The notes under the pieces were generated by a model that was not told where the DNA came from, did no database searches, and saw only the letters and a program-made list of their open reading frames with translations. A stretch of DNA of 63,504 bases, filler included, from Octopus bimaculoides (taxonomy: Eukaryota), in the NCBI RefSeq assembly GCF_001194135.2. It is 8 parts of 6 records of this genome, joined end to end, with 100 filler letters (N's around TTAATTAATTAA, not from the genome) between each part and the next. Parts side by side here need not be neighbours in the genome. Positions count along the whole stretch, not along the records: positions 1 to 7,784 come from NC_069007.1; positions 7,885 to 11,502 come from NW_026382564.1; 6 more parts are not named here. The stretch is one strand, 5' to 3'. The position numbers were made by a program, and so were the translations under genes. Below, in pieces: positions 1 through 10,705 of this stretch (position 1 is its first letter; each line of letters begins with the position of its first letter).

Positions 1-248
1 CATGGTGACAAGAGGCGATAGTTGTGCTTGTTAGGGGTGGCTTTTGGTGATGGTGGTGGTGGTGGTGGTGGTGGTGGTGGTGGTGGTAGTGGTGCAGGTG
101 TGAAAATCAAAGTAATTGATTTTTCTAAACTCCTTAACCTGCAATGCCATGGAAATTGTGGAGGAGGAGAAGGAGGAGGAGGTGGTGGGAAGGATTGACA
201 CCAGATGAGAGGCATTGTATTATATACACACACATATGAGTATGTATG

Positions 249-279
<31 letters not shown>

Positions 280-1083
280 ATATATATATAGATACATGTA
301 TATATACGTATATTATATGCATATATACATAGATATATATAATATATTATATATATATATGTACATATATATATAAATATATATATATTTAAATATATAT
401 ATACATACATGTACGTGTATGTGTTTGCATTTGCGTGTATATACATATATATATATATATATACACACGCATGCATATATAAAGGGGGGGCAGGGGGAGA
501 AGCAGTGGGTGTGAGAGGAAGGCAGCCAACATTGTTCAAGGTTTATGTATTTTGTTTATCTTTTTTTTTTCTCAAGTTCTTTGTCTTTTCTTTTCTTCTT
601 TTTTCTTAACCCCCCCCCCCCACCTTTTGTATCGTTTAAATTGTTTTCTCTTTCTTTCTCGTTTGTTTTCTTTCATCTTCTTCATTATCATTCCGCTAAC
701 AATACAAAGTTTGACCAATGAAACAGGTTCAATTAGCTGCACCGACTAATGAGTCTAATAACGCCACATGACGATGACGATGACGATGACGATGATGATG
801 GTGATGGTGATGGTTTAGCTAATTGGTGTCGTATCAATAAAGTCAAACACAGAATGAAACCGAACCGAGAAATGGTGAAGGAATATGAATGAAGTTTTCC
901 GATTGGCTCGTTAGTGTGGTCAGCTGATCGCACATGTAATGAGCTGACAATGGTTTGTCTTTACATGGTCGCACAACATGTTCGAAATGACAACCAAGTC
1001 ACAATGAAATCCCACACTGACTATTTTGACAAAAGTAGCAAATGAAGTAGTCCTAAACATATCATCATCATCATCATCACCAT

Positions 1084-1466
1084 AGGCACAGGAATGGCTG
1101 TGTGGTAAGAAGGCGGCAGCGAGCTGGCAGAGTGGTTAGCACGCCGGGCCTAATGCTTAGCAGTATTTCATCTGCCGTTACGTTCTGAGTTCAAATTCCG
1201 CAGAGGTCGACCTTGCTTGTCATCTTCTCGGGGTCGATAAATTAAGTAGCAGTTACGCCCTGGGATCGATGTAATCAACTTAATCCCTTTGTCTGTCCTT
1301 GTTTGTTTCCTCTATGTTTAGCCCCCTTGTGGGCATTAAAGAAATAAGTAGCTTGCTTCCAAACCACATGATTCAGGGTTCAGTCCCACTGCATGGCACC
1401 TTGGGCAAGTGCCTTCTACTATAGCCTCAGGCCAACCAAAGCCTTGTGAGTAGGTGGAAACTGAAA
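1084..1466 (+). mobile_element. tRNA-derived SINE family B (5' part), interrupted by a family A SINE
   Basis: ggaatggctgtgtggtaag[insert]tagcttgcttccaaaccacatg...ttcagtcccactgcatggcaccttgggcaagt...gaaactgaaagaagccc, colinear with the uninterrupted copy at 53901. Confidence 0.85.
1110..1348 (+). mobile_element. tRNA-derived SINE family A nested in family B
   Basis: gagctggcagagtggttagcacg (A box) ... gagttcaaattcc (B box) ... ggggtcgataaattaagt body, shared with more than 10 copies in the window; flanked by TAAG at 1106-1109 and 1345-1348. Confidence 0.85.
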
Positions 1467-1698
1467 GAAGCCCATCATATACTATTTAATGAAGATTTTC
1501 TTTCACCTGCGGATGTAGCTTCAATTCTGCATTTTTTTTTTTTTTGAATTTTGCATTAATGTGCAAACCAGGTGGGAAAGGTTTTGTTAAAATTGATTCA
1601 CAGAGAACCAAGAAATCTTAAATATCAATCCTAAGCTATTAGCATGGTTCTGGGTGTAGTTGGACAGACATACAGATGGATAGAAGGATAGATAGCTG

Positions 1699-1745
<47 letters not shown>

Positions 1746-1766
1746 AGAGAAAGAGAGAGAACTTAC

Positions 1767-1853
1767 CTTATCTTTTCTCAAAAGAAATAAAAAGTCTTCA
1801 AGACTGATGAATCGACCATTTCTCTTTGCTGCCATTTCTGAAGCTTGGTAAAG
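1767..1853 (-). CDS. SUPT3H: SUPT3H internal coding exon (87 nt)
   Basis: Minus strand aaaccag|CTT TAC CAA ... AAA GAT AAG|gtaagt encodes LYQASEMAAKRNGRFISLEDFLFLLRKDK, matching SUPT3H (human, recalled: [29 protein letters not shown]). Phase 0/0 with a long pyrimidine tract upstream. Confidence 0.95.
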
Positions 1854-1855
1854 CT

Positions 1856-2380
1856 GGTTTGGGGAGAGACAAATAGAGAGACAGAGACTGCATGAGAGAG
1901 AGAGAAGGGGGAGGAGAGAGATTAAAAGAAAGAGAGAGGGAGGAAATGAGAGAGAGAGTGTATGAAGGAGAAAGAGAGAGAGTGTACAAGATGAGAAAGA
2001 GAGACAGAAAGAGCAAGAAAACCAGAAAGAGAGACAGAGAGAGAGAGAGAGGCAGATAAAAACAGAGAGACTGAGTGAAAGAAAATTTGTGAGAGAGGGA
2101 GGAAAGAGAGAGAGACAGAAAGAGAGACTGTGTATGAGGTGAGAAAGAGAGACACACAGACAGACAGACAACAAAAGAGACACAAAAGCAGAAAGAGAGA
2201 GACCGTGCATACGAGAGGGGAGACAAATAGAAAGAGACAATGTGTGTATAAAAGAAGAGAGAGAGAGAGAGAGAGAGAAGCTGTATATATGATGAAAAAG
2301 AGAAAGAGAGGGAGTGTGTGTTTGAGAGACAGAGAGAGAGACAGACGGACAGACAAACAGACAGAAACTGATCAAATGTC
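1856..2380. repeat. GA-rich low-complexity tract (pyrimidine-rich on the SUPT3H sense strand)
   Basis: Degenerate (ga)n/(gaca)n for about 520 bp directly upstream of the 1853 acceptor. Confidence 0.9.
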
Positions 2381-2597
2381 ACACAATAATTAAATCAGGG
2401 TTAATATATTAAATGTAACGAGTAGCAAATAGTTAATTAGAAATAATTATGCGAGAAGGAGAACTTCATTAAGACCAACTTCCTGTAAGGATTCATAATA
2501 TTCACTGGGGGGGGNNNNNNNNNNAGAAGAAGAAATGGTACTAAAATAGCCACTAGAACTGCTAGAAATTGAAACCGTGTTTTCTTTTATTAAAGAG

Positions 2598-2886
2598 TAT
2601 GGCTCAGTGGTGAGAGCATCTGGTTCACAATCATGAGGTAGTGAGATGGGTTCCCAGACCAGGCTGTGTGTTGTGTTCTTGAGCAAGACACTTTATTTCA
2701 TGTTGCTTCAGTTCACTCAGCTGTAGTAATGAGTTGCGACGTCACTGGTGCCAAGCTGTATCAGCCCCTTTGCCTTTCCCTTGGATAACATCAATGGTGT
2801 GGAGAGGGGAGGCTGGTGTGCATGGGAGACTGCTGGCCTTCCATAAACAACCTTGCCCAGACTTATGCCTCGGAGGGGAACTTTAC
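2598..2886 (+). mobile_element. tRNA-derived SINE family C
   Basis: tRNA-like head ggctcagtggtgagagcatctggttcacaatc...gggttcccagacc, then a typical SINE core ttcttgagcaagacactttat...cactcagctgta. Confidence 0.7.
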
Positions 2887-3224
2887 TTTTACCCTTATAG
2901 CATAGTGACTATAATCCTGTATACACAGGTTTCTGAGACAAGACAGACAGACAGAGAGGAGGAGGTATCCACAAATTGGTGACCTGGTCCAGATGCTTTT
3001 TAAGAGAAGTGGCGATTGGAGTAGCTCTGGTCTTTAAAAGCCATCTGCTGAGGAATGTAATGTTGCTGTTTCAGCTTTATTAGACTTCATCAGAGCATGT
3101 TCTACTTAGCTGGCAAAACTAGAAGTGAATGTATGTATGTACGTAATGTGTGTGGAAAGAGATAGAGTACAAATAGAGAGGGGAAAAAAGAGAGAGGAAG
3201 ATCAAGTGAAGCAGGTTAACTTAC

Positions 3225-3309
3225 AAGAAAGACCATCTGTGAGTGAACAATCTCCTGGAGGAGTGCAGCAGACTCGTGCAGTGGCTTACGACAATCGCCA
3301 AAACCATGC
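3225..3309 (-). CDS. SUPT3H: SUPT3H internal coding exon (85 nt, histone-fold N-terminal part)
   Basis: Minus strand tttttcccag|G CAT GGT TTT GGC GAT ... ATG GTC TTT CTT|gtaagt encodes (x)HGFGDCRKPLHESAALLQEIVHSQMVFL, matching Spt3/SUPT3H (human, recalled: [29 protein letters not shown]). Canonical AG/GT; ends in phase 0 and joins the next exon in frame. Confidence 0.95.
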
Positions 3310-5004
3310 CTGGGAAAAACAGAAAGAAAACAAGTGTGAAACATTAAATCATCATTAAGAACAATGTATAATTAGTAATTAAAGGTAGCTTGACAGCAAG
3401 AGAACAAAATAGTGACTCTGTGTAGCTGCTGGAAATAGCAGTCAAAATGAAGGACAGTTGGGAGAGTGTAGTTCCTGATATACATACATGTCACAGGTAG
3501 AATAATTTCAATCGCACACACACACACGAGTGCATGTGCACACACACACACACACACACACAAGTAAGCCCACAGGTGCAAAATAAGGTGAGAAAAATAG
3601 CATACAAATACCATTATGTTAAGTTAAAATATTATTTTATTAAAAATGTAAAAACTTCACAAATGTTTCAGCAAACAATTGTGATAACACAGGTCAGTAA
3701 AGAAAATTTTTTAAAATTGTAAGTATATATATAACCGTTTATGGATACCACTTCAACAAATAATCACTCAAGACTGATGGAGCAACTACTTTAAAAATAA
3801 TGGTATTACACACACACGGCACAAATGAAATCACTTTAAACTTGCTAAAATAATATTCGGGATGCCTTTATTTCTACTAAGTATAGATGCAGATGTGTTA
3901 CCTAAGATTAATTTTGAGGATCTGATTCAAAGACTTTGCAATTCAAAAAAGTAGGAGGAAACTTTTCAAATATAAATAAAATGGAAGTAGACAAAAATAA
4001 ACATTATTTTCCATCTTATTGTTAGTTTTATTTCGTTTTGAAAAATTAAAATTTATTTTATGGTTTGTTAATGTTTATATTTTGAAGGACATAATCTTTT
4101 ATGGGGGCACCAAAATCTTTTACGTGCTTAGGGCCTCATTGGGTCCTAATCTGGCCCTGTGTATATACTAGTGTGTATATAAGGATGTTACATCATCAGT
4201 GAATTGCCTGGAGAGCAAGGATTTGTACTGACTCCTACAGACTTGTTAATTAATATTCCACTTTCCCTAGCAGTATTGAGTGCTTCGTTTCAATTAATTG
4301 CATTTCACTCGTCTATGAAGTTACTATTCATTGTATATACATGCATAAATACACACACATACAGACACACACACATATATATATATATATATAATTACAT
4401 ATCTGTATATACACATAAACCTCTACACACACAAACATATATATATATATACACACATACAGACATGTATATGAATATATATATATATATATATATATAT
4501 ANNNNNNNNNNNNNNNNNNNNNNNNNNNNNNNNNNNNNNNNNNNNNNNNNNNNNNNNNNNNNNNNNNNNNNNNNNNNNNNNNNNNNNNNNNNNNNNNNNN
4601 NNNNNNNNNNNNNNNNNNNNNNNNNNNNNNNNNNNNNNNNNNNNNNNNNNNNNNNNNNNNNNNNNNNNNNNNNNNNNNNNNNNNNNNNNNNNNNNNNNNN
4701 NNNNNNNNNNNNNNNNNNNNNNNNNNNNNNNNNNNNNNNNNNNNNNNNNNNNNNNNNNNNNNNNNNNNNNNNNNNNNNNNNNNNNNNNNNNNNNNNNNNN
4801 NNNNNNNNNNNNNNNNNNNNNNNNNNNNNNNNNNNNNNNNNNNNNNNNNNNNNNNNNNNNNNNNNNNNNNNNNNNNNNNNNNNNNNNNNNNNNNNNNNNN
4901 NNNNNNNNNNNNNNNNNNNNNNNNNNNNNNNNNNNNNNNNNNNNNNNNNNNNNNNNNNNNNNNNNNNNNGGAAAAGGAGAAATAATAATAATAATAATAA
5001 TAAT

Positions 5005-5146
5005 CTTTTCTACTATAAGCACAAGACCTGAAATGTTAGGGGAGTGGCCATTTACTTACATCGACCCCAATATTCAACTGGTACTTATTTCATAGACCCT
5101 GAAAGGATGAAAGGCAAAGCCAACCTCGGCGGAATTTGAACCCAAA
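5005..5146 (-). mobile_element. SINE family A fragment
   Basis: Reverse complement of the family A 3' half (gaccccaa...ggtacttatt...gaaaggatgaaaggcaaag...cctcggcggaatttgaac), abutting (aat)n. Confidence 0.8.
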
Positions 5147-5151
5147 ACACC

Positions 5152-5185
<34 letters not shown>

Positions 5186-5186
<1 letters not shown>

Positions 5187-5403
5187 CTTTTTTACTAAAG
5201 GCACAAGGCCTGAAATTTTGGGGGAAGAGTCCGGTTGATTAGATCGACCCCAGTATGCAAGGGGTACTTAATTTATTGACCCCGAACGGATGAAAGGTTA
5301 AAGTCACCCTCGGCAGCATTTGAACCTAGAATGTTGTCAACAGACAAAAAAACCTCCGCAAAGCATTTTGCCTGACATGGTAATGGTTCTACCAGCTCTC
5401 TGC
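5186..5403 (-). mobile_element. SINE family A copy
   Basis: Reverse complement of a near-full family A element ending accagctc at about 5398. Confidence 0.8.
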
Positions 5404-5410
5404 CTTGGTA

Positions 5411-5619
5411 ATCATCATCATCATCACCATCATCGTTTAACGTCCGCTTTCCATGCTGGCATGGGTTGGACGATTTGACTGAGGACTGGTGAACCAGATG
5501 GCTACCCCAGGCTCCAATCTGATTTGGCAGAATTTCTACAGCTGGATGCCCTTCCTAACGCCAACCACTCAGAGAGTGTAGTAGGTGCTTTTACGTGTCA
5601 CCTGCACGAAGGCCAGTCA
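5411..5619 (-). mobile_element. 3' end of a SINE/LINE with an RTE-type tail and (gat)n
   Basis: Reverse complement of ...ggcgttaggaagggcatccagctgtagaaa...ccaacccatgccagcatggaaagcggacgttaaacgatgatg; the same tail occurs on + at 7570-7695. Confidence 0.75.
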
Positions 5620-6492
5620 NNNNNNNNNNNNNNNNNNNNNNNNNNNNNNNNNNNNNNNNNNNNNNNNNNNNNNNNNNNNNNNNNNNNNNNNNNNNNNNNN
5701 NNNNNNNNNNNNNNNNNNNNNNNNNNNNNNNNNNNNNNNNNNNNNNNNNNNNNNNNNNNNNNNNNNNNNNNNNNNNNNNNNNNNNNNNNNNNNNNNNNNN
5801 NNNNNNNNNNNNNNNNNNNNNNNNNNNNNNNNNNNNNNNNNNNNNNNNNNNNNNNNNNNNNNNNNNNNNNNNNNNNNNNNNNNNNNNNNNNNNNNNNNNN
5901 NNNNNNNNNNNNNNNNNNNNNNNNNNNNNNNNNNNNNNNNNNNNNNNNNNNNNNNNNNNNNNNNNNNNNNNNNNNNNNNNNNNNNNNNNNNNNNNNNNNN
6001 NNNNNNNNNNNNNNNNNNNNNNNNNNNNNNNNNNNNNNNNNNNNNNNNNNNNNNNNNNNNNNNNNNNNNNNNNNNNNNNNNNNNNNNNNNNNNNNNNNNN
6101 NNNNNNNNNNNNNNNNNNNNNNNNNNNNNNNNNNNNNNNNNNNNNNNNNNNNNNNNNNNNNNNNNNNNNNNNNNNNNNNNNNNNNNNNNNNNNNNNNNNN
6201 NNNNNNNNNNNNNNNNNNNNNNNNNNNNNNNNNNNNNNNNNNNNNNNNNNNNNNNNNNNNNNNNNNNNNNNNNNNNNNNNNNNNNNNNNNNNNNNNNNNN
6301 NNNNNNNNNNNNNNNNNNNNNNNNNNNNNNNNNNNNNNNNNNNNNNNNNNNNNNNNNNNNNNNNNNNNNNNNNNNNNNNNNNNNNNNNNNNNNNNNNNNN
6401 NNNNNNNNNNNNNNNNNNNNNNNNNNNNNNNNNNNNNNNNNNNNNNNNNNNNNNNNNNNNNNNNNNNNNNNNNNNNNNNNNNNNNNNNNNNN

Positions 6493-7200
6493 GTTGGTGG
6501 CAGTGGCAGTGTTGGTGATGGTGGTAGTGGTGGTGTCGATGGTGGTGATGAGGGTGGCAGTGGCGGTCCTAACAGTGATGGTAGTGGTGGTGGTGGTGGA
6601 GGTCCTGAAGTGATGGTGGTGGTGGTGTTGGTGGTAGTGGTAGTGGTGGTGTCGATGGTGGTGGTAGCGGTCCTAACAGTGATGGTGGTGGTGGTGGTGT
6701 TGGTGGTGGTTTGATATTGGTTTGATGGTGTTGGTGTTAGTAGTGGTGCTACTAATTGTTTGCTGGTAGCAGTTGTGGTGGTGGCATTGTTCTAAGTGGT
6801 GGGGGTCACCAGGATATTGATTGTGGTGTTAATGACGGCGCTCTTGTTAAAAATTGTGGTGTTTATGGTGGAGCTATTAATGGCACTGGTGCAGGCGCTG
6901 GTGGTGGTGGTGGCCAATTGTGCTGTCTTTATTGTAGCAGCGGCAGTGGTAGTTTTAATGATGGTTGTAGTATTAGTGGTGGCAGTAGTTGTAGTAGTAG
7001 TGGGTGGCGGTGGTAGTAGTAGTAGTAGTAGTAGCGGTGGTGGTGGTAGTAGTAGTAGTGGCGGTCGTAGTGGTAGTGATGTAGTGGTGGTGGTCGTAGG
7101 TGGTAGTGGTAGTGGTAGTGAAGTGGTGGTAGTAGTAATAGTAGTAGTAGTGGTGGTGGTGGTGGTAGTAGTAATAGTAATGGTTGGTAGTAGTGGTGGG
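6493..7200. repeat. (ggt)n/(agt)n degenerate trinucleotide field
   Basis: Read directly from the sequence; explains the poly-V/G/T ORFs. Confidence 0.9.
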
Positions 7201-7224
7201 TTCTCATTCCTATGGTATTTTTCC

Positions 7225-7290
7225 GATGGCATAGTGGTTAAGAGCACAGGCTACTAACCCCAAGATTCCGAGTTCAATTCCAGACAGTGA

Positions 7291-7327
<37 letters not shown>

Positions 7328-7784
7328 CCGATGACAGCACCGCATGATTGGCATCCATGCTAGTGGAACGCTAAGAGCACCATTCGAGCGTGATCATTAC
7401 CAGTGTCGCCTTACTGGCACGTGAAAAACAACATTCGAATGAGGTCGTTGCCAGTACTGCTGGACTGGCTCCTGTGCAGGTAGCATGTAAATATCACCTT
7501 TTTGAGCGTGGCCATTGCCAGTACCGCCTGACTGGCCCTCGTGCTGGTGGCACATAAAAGCACCCACTACACTCACAGAGTGGTTGGCATTAGGAAGGGC
7601 ATCCAGCTGTAGAAACACTGCCAGATCAGATTGGAGCCAGGTGCAGCCTTCTGGTTTCACCAGTCCTCAGTCAAATCGTCCAACCCATGACGATGAACTT
7701 AACAACATCAGAAAAATACCTTAGGAATGTGAACCCAGGTTCGAAATTTCCCCAAGACACCTGATGAAGGCTGGAGGGTATATC
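7225..7784 (+). mobile_element. Composite element: tRNA-like head + (aat)n + hammerhead-like 3' part, interrupted by an inserted SINE
   Basis: Head gatggcatagtggttaagagc...gagttcaattcc (7225-7285), (aat)n, insert 7331-7697, then aaaaataccttaggaatg...cccaagacac CTGATGA aggctggagggtatatc running into a gap. Confidence 0.55.
7331..7697 (+). mobile_element. 5'-truncated SINE with internal ~70-bp subrepeats and RTE-type tail
   Basis: Repeated gagcgtg..ttgccagt..gcc.gactggc units followed by the tail also seen at 5411-5619. Confidence 0.7.
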
Positions 7785-7828
7785 NNNNNNNNNNNNNNNN
7801 NNNNNNNNNNNNNNNNNNNNNNNNNNNN

Positions 7829-7840
7829 TTAATTAATTAA
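7829..7840. other. Artificial scaffold linker TTAATTAATTAA between N-runs (also 11547, 31331, 41938, 49815, 54483, 61378)
   Basis: The identical 12-mer, a stop in all six frames, sits between equal 44-nt N-runs seven times. Confidence 0.9.
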
Positions 7841-7972
7841 NNNNNNNNNNNNNNNNNNNNNNNNNNNNNNNNNNNNNNNNNNNNATATATATATATAATG
7901 AAATCACGATGCAGTTTCCTAATCTGAGGAGAGTGGAAAGAAAAGATTGGTGGGAAATATGTTTACATTTGA

Positions 7973-8003
<31 letters not shown>

Positions 8004-8182
8004 CACACACACACTCACACACAGAGATTCAATTGCATGTGAAGCATGTGTGTGCGTACATACATACATACATACATACACACAGACATATATGTATATA
8101 TATATATATATAAACATATATATGTATATATAGATATATATATACACAAGCACTATGTGTATTCGTATATGTATACAAGTGC

Positions 8183-8224
<42 letters not shown>

Positions 8225-8721
8225 GCGTATTTGTGTATGCGACCGTTCTATGTGTATATGTGTGTATGTATGTATGTATGTATTTATTTATGTATGTATA
8301 GATGCGTATATATGCACAGAAGCACACACACGCACACAATCAAACACACACACACACACACACTCATACACGCACCCACACACACGCGTACACACACGCA
8401 TGTAACGTGACATCTGGTGGTGGTTCGCAGAATGTAAAGCAAAACTTTGCACGTGTTGAGATATTGAAATTCCAACCAGAAATCAAAACCCTGGGAACAA
8501 AACTTGATGGTGGTCAACCTAACACTTCGTTTACCTCCCCTTCCTCCTCCTCCTCTTTCCCTCTCTTCCCCCCTCTCTCTCTCGCACATTCTCTCTCTCC
8601 TTGTCTCTCTCTTTCTCATTGCTTCTGTCTCTGTCTTTGTCTCTGTCCCTGTCTCTCTCTCTCTCTCTCTCATTGCCATCGTCTCTCTCCCTCTCTTTCT
8701 CGTTCCCTCTCTATCTATCTC

Positions 8722-8752
<31 letters not shown>

Positions 8753-8797
8753 GTCTGCCTGTCTATCTGTGTATTTGCCATTGTATGTATGTATGTG

Positions 8798-8853
<56 letters not shown>

Positions 8854-9577
8854 AATCTATCTATCTGTCTATCTGTATGTTTCTCTCTCTCCCTCTCTCT
8901 ATCTATATAATCTGTCTGCCATTGTATGTATGTANNNNNNNNNNNNNNNNNNNNNNNNNNNNNNNNNNNNNNNNNNNNNNNNNNNNNNNNNNNNNNNNNN
9001 NNNNNNNNNNNNNNNNNNNNNNNNNNNNNNNNNNNNNNNNNNNNNNNNNNNNNNNNNNNNNNNNNNNNNNNNNNNNNNNNNNNNNNNNNNNNNNNNNNNN
9101 NNNNNNNNNNNNNNNNNNNNNNNNNNNNNNNNNNNNNNNNNNNNNNNNNNNNNNNNNNNNNNNNNNNNNNNNNNNNNNNNNNNNNNNNNNNNNNNNNNNN
9201 NNNNNNNNNNNNNNNNNNNNNNNNNNNNNNNNNNNNNNNNNNNNNNNNNNNNNNNNNNNNNNNNNNNNNNNNNNNNNNNNNNNNNNNNNNNNNNNNNNNN
9301 NNNNNNNNNNNNNNNNNNNNNNNNNNNNNNNNNNNNNNNNNNNNNNNNNNNNNNNNNNNNNNNNNNNNNNNNNNNNNNNNNNNNNNNNNNNNNNNNNNNN
9401 NNNNNNNNNNNNNNNNNNNNNNNNNNNNNNNNNNNNNNNNNNNNNNNNNNNNNNNNNNNNNNNNNNNNNNNNNNNNNNNNNNNNNNNNNNNNNNNNNNNN
9501 NNNNNNNNNNNNNNNNNNNNNNNNNNNNNNNNNNNNNNNNNNNNNNNNNNNNNNNNNNNNNNNNNNNNNNNNNNNNN

Positions 9578-9671
<94 letters not shown>

Positions 9672-10006
9672 TATATACATAAATGTATGTATATATGAAC
9701 AACTATAGCACTTACTAGCGAACCTGTTCCTTTAGATCACTAGAGATATAAACCCTTCATATTCTATATACATACATATATACATATATACATACATTCA
9801 CACACACTCACTCACACACACACACATATATACATGTATATGTCTACATATAGAAGTGTTTGTATATGTGTGTGTATGTGTGTGTGTGTGTTTATACATA
9901 TTTTATGTCCACGCACAGGTATATACGTATACACAAACACTCACACATACATACATATACATACAAATCAGAATTCCCACACCCCAAATCATTCCATCAT
10001 ACATAC

Positions 10007-10140
10007 CTCATAGACATCAGCCTACACGCCTTACGTCCAGACACTTTAAGCTTCCGTACATGGTACTGTCCGTCAGTCAGAGAAGATGTATGACCGCCGT
10101 CATTGCTACGTTGCAGACCTCGCCGCCAGTTTATCTTCAT
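10007..10140 (-). CDS. Candidate upstream/alternative first coding exon of SUPT3H (unverified)
   Basis: ATG at 10140 with an in-frame upstream stop, 44 open codons + 2 nt, then a strong donor GAG|gtatgt. Phase 2 matches the acceptor at 3309. Ends KACRLMSMR versus human FATELQSMM; conserved F/E/M residues are absent. Confidence 0.25.
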
Positions 10141-10334
10141 TTTATCACATATATTCAAAACTCGAATTCTTTAATGTGTTTCCTCGTCATAAAACGCTAA
10201 GGAATAAATAGTTTGATTGACGTTTGCTTGCTAAGCTGAAACTCAAAGCCAAAAGATTTAAAGATTTTCGCCGTTTCTCTTCGATGTGAAATATTTCAGT
10301 TACCACACGCAGTTTCCACATAGTTATAATTCTT

Positions 10335-10705
10335 TGTGCTATTGGCACAAGGGCCTGAAATGTTTTAGAGGATAGAGCTATTCGTTTAAATTGACCTAAT
10401 GCTAAGTGATACTTGTTTTGTGGATACCGAAAGAATGGAAGACGGTGAAAAAGATGGAAGGTAAAGATGGACGAAATGCCGCTGAGCATTTTGACTGGTG
10501 CAGTAAAGACTCTGACAGCTGGCGGCCTTAATAATGATAGCCCTTTCTACGATAGGCACCAAGCCTGAAATTTTAGAGTGGGGAGGGCCTAGTGGATTAC
10601 ATCGACCCCAGTGCTCATCGCTCTCTAAAGAACGGAAGGCAACACCAACGTGGATGGAGTTTGAACTCAGAACGTAAAGACGGACGAAATACCGCTAAGA
10701 AGTTG
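10335..10705 (-). mobile_element. Two tandem degenerate family A SINEs
   Basis: Two successive blocks ggcac(a/c)a..cctgaaa..tttaga...gacc..a.tgct...gaaaga.gga...gacgaaat.ccgct.ag. Confidence 0.7.

Noticed and set aside
4190-4290. Minus-strand ...CTG ATG AT|gtaaca as the missing SUPT3H exon
   Set aside because: Upstream residues (PCSPGNSLMM) do not resemble FxxEIQxMM, there is no in-frame start, and the donor is weak.
7225-7285. tRNA gene calls for this and other A/B-box sequences (2598, 36140, 53901)
   Set aside because: All are embedded in multi-copy SINE bodies and lack a clean acceptor stem and terminator.
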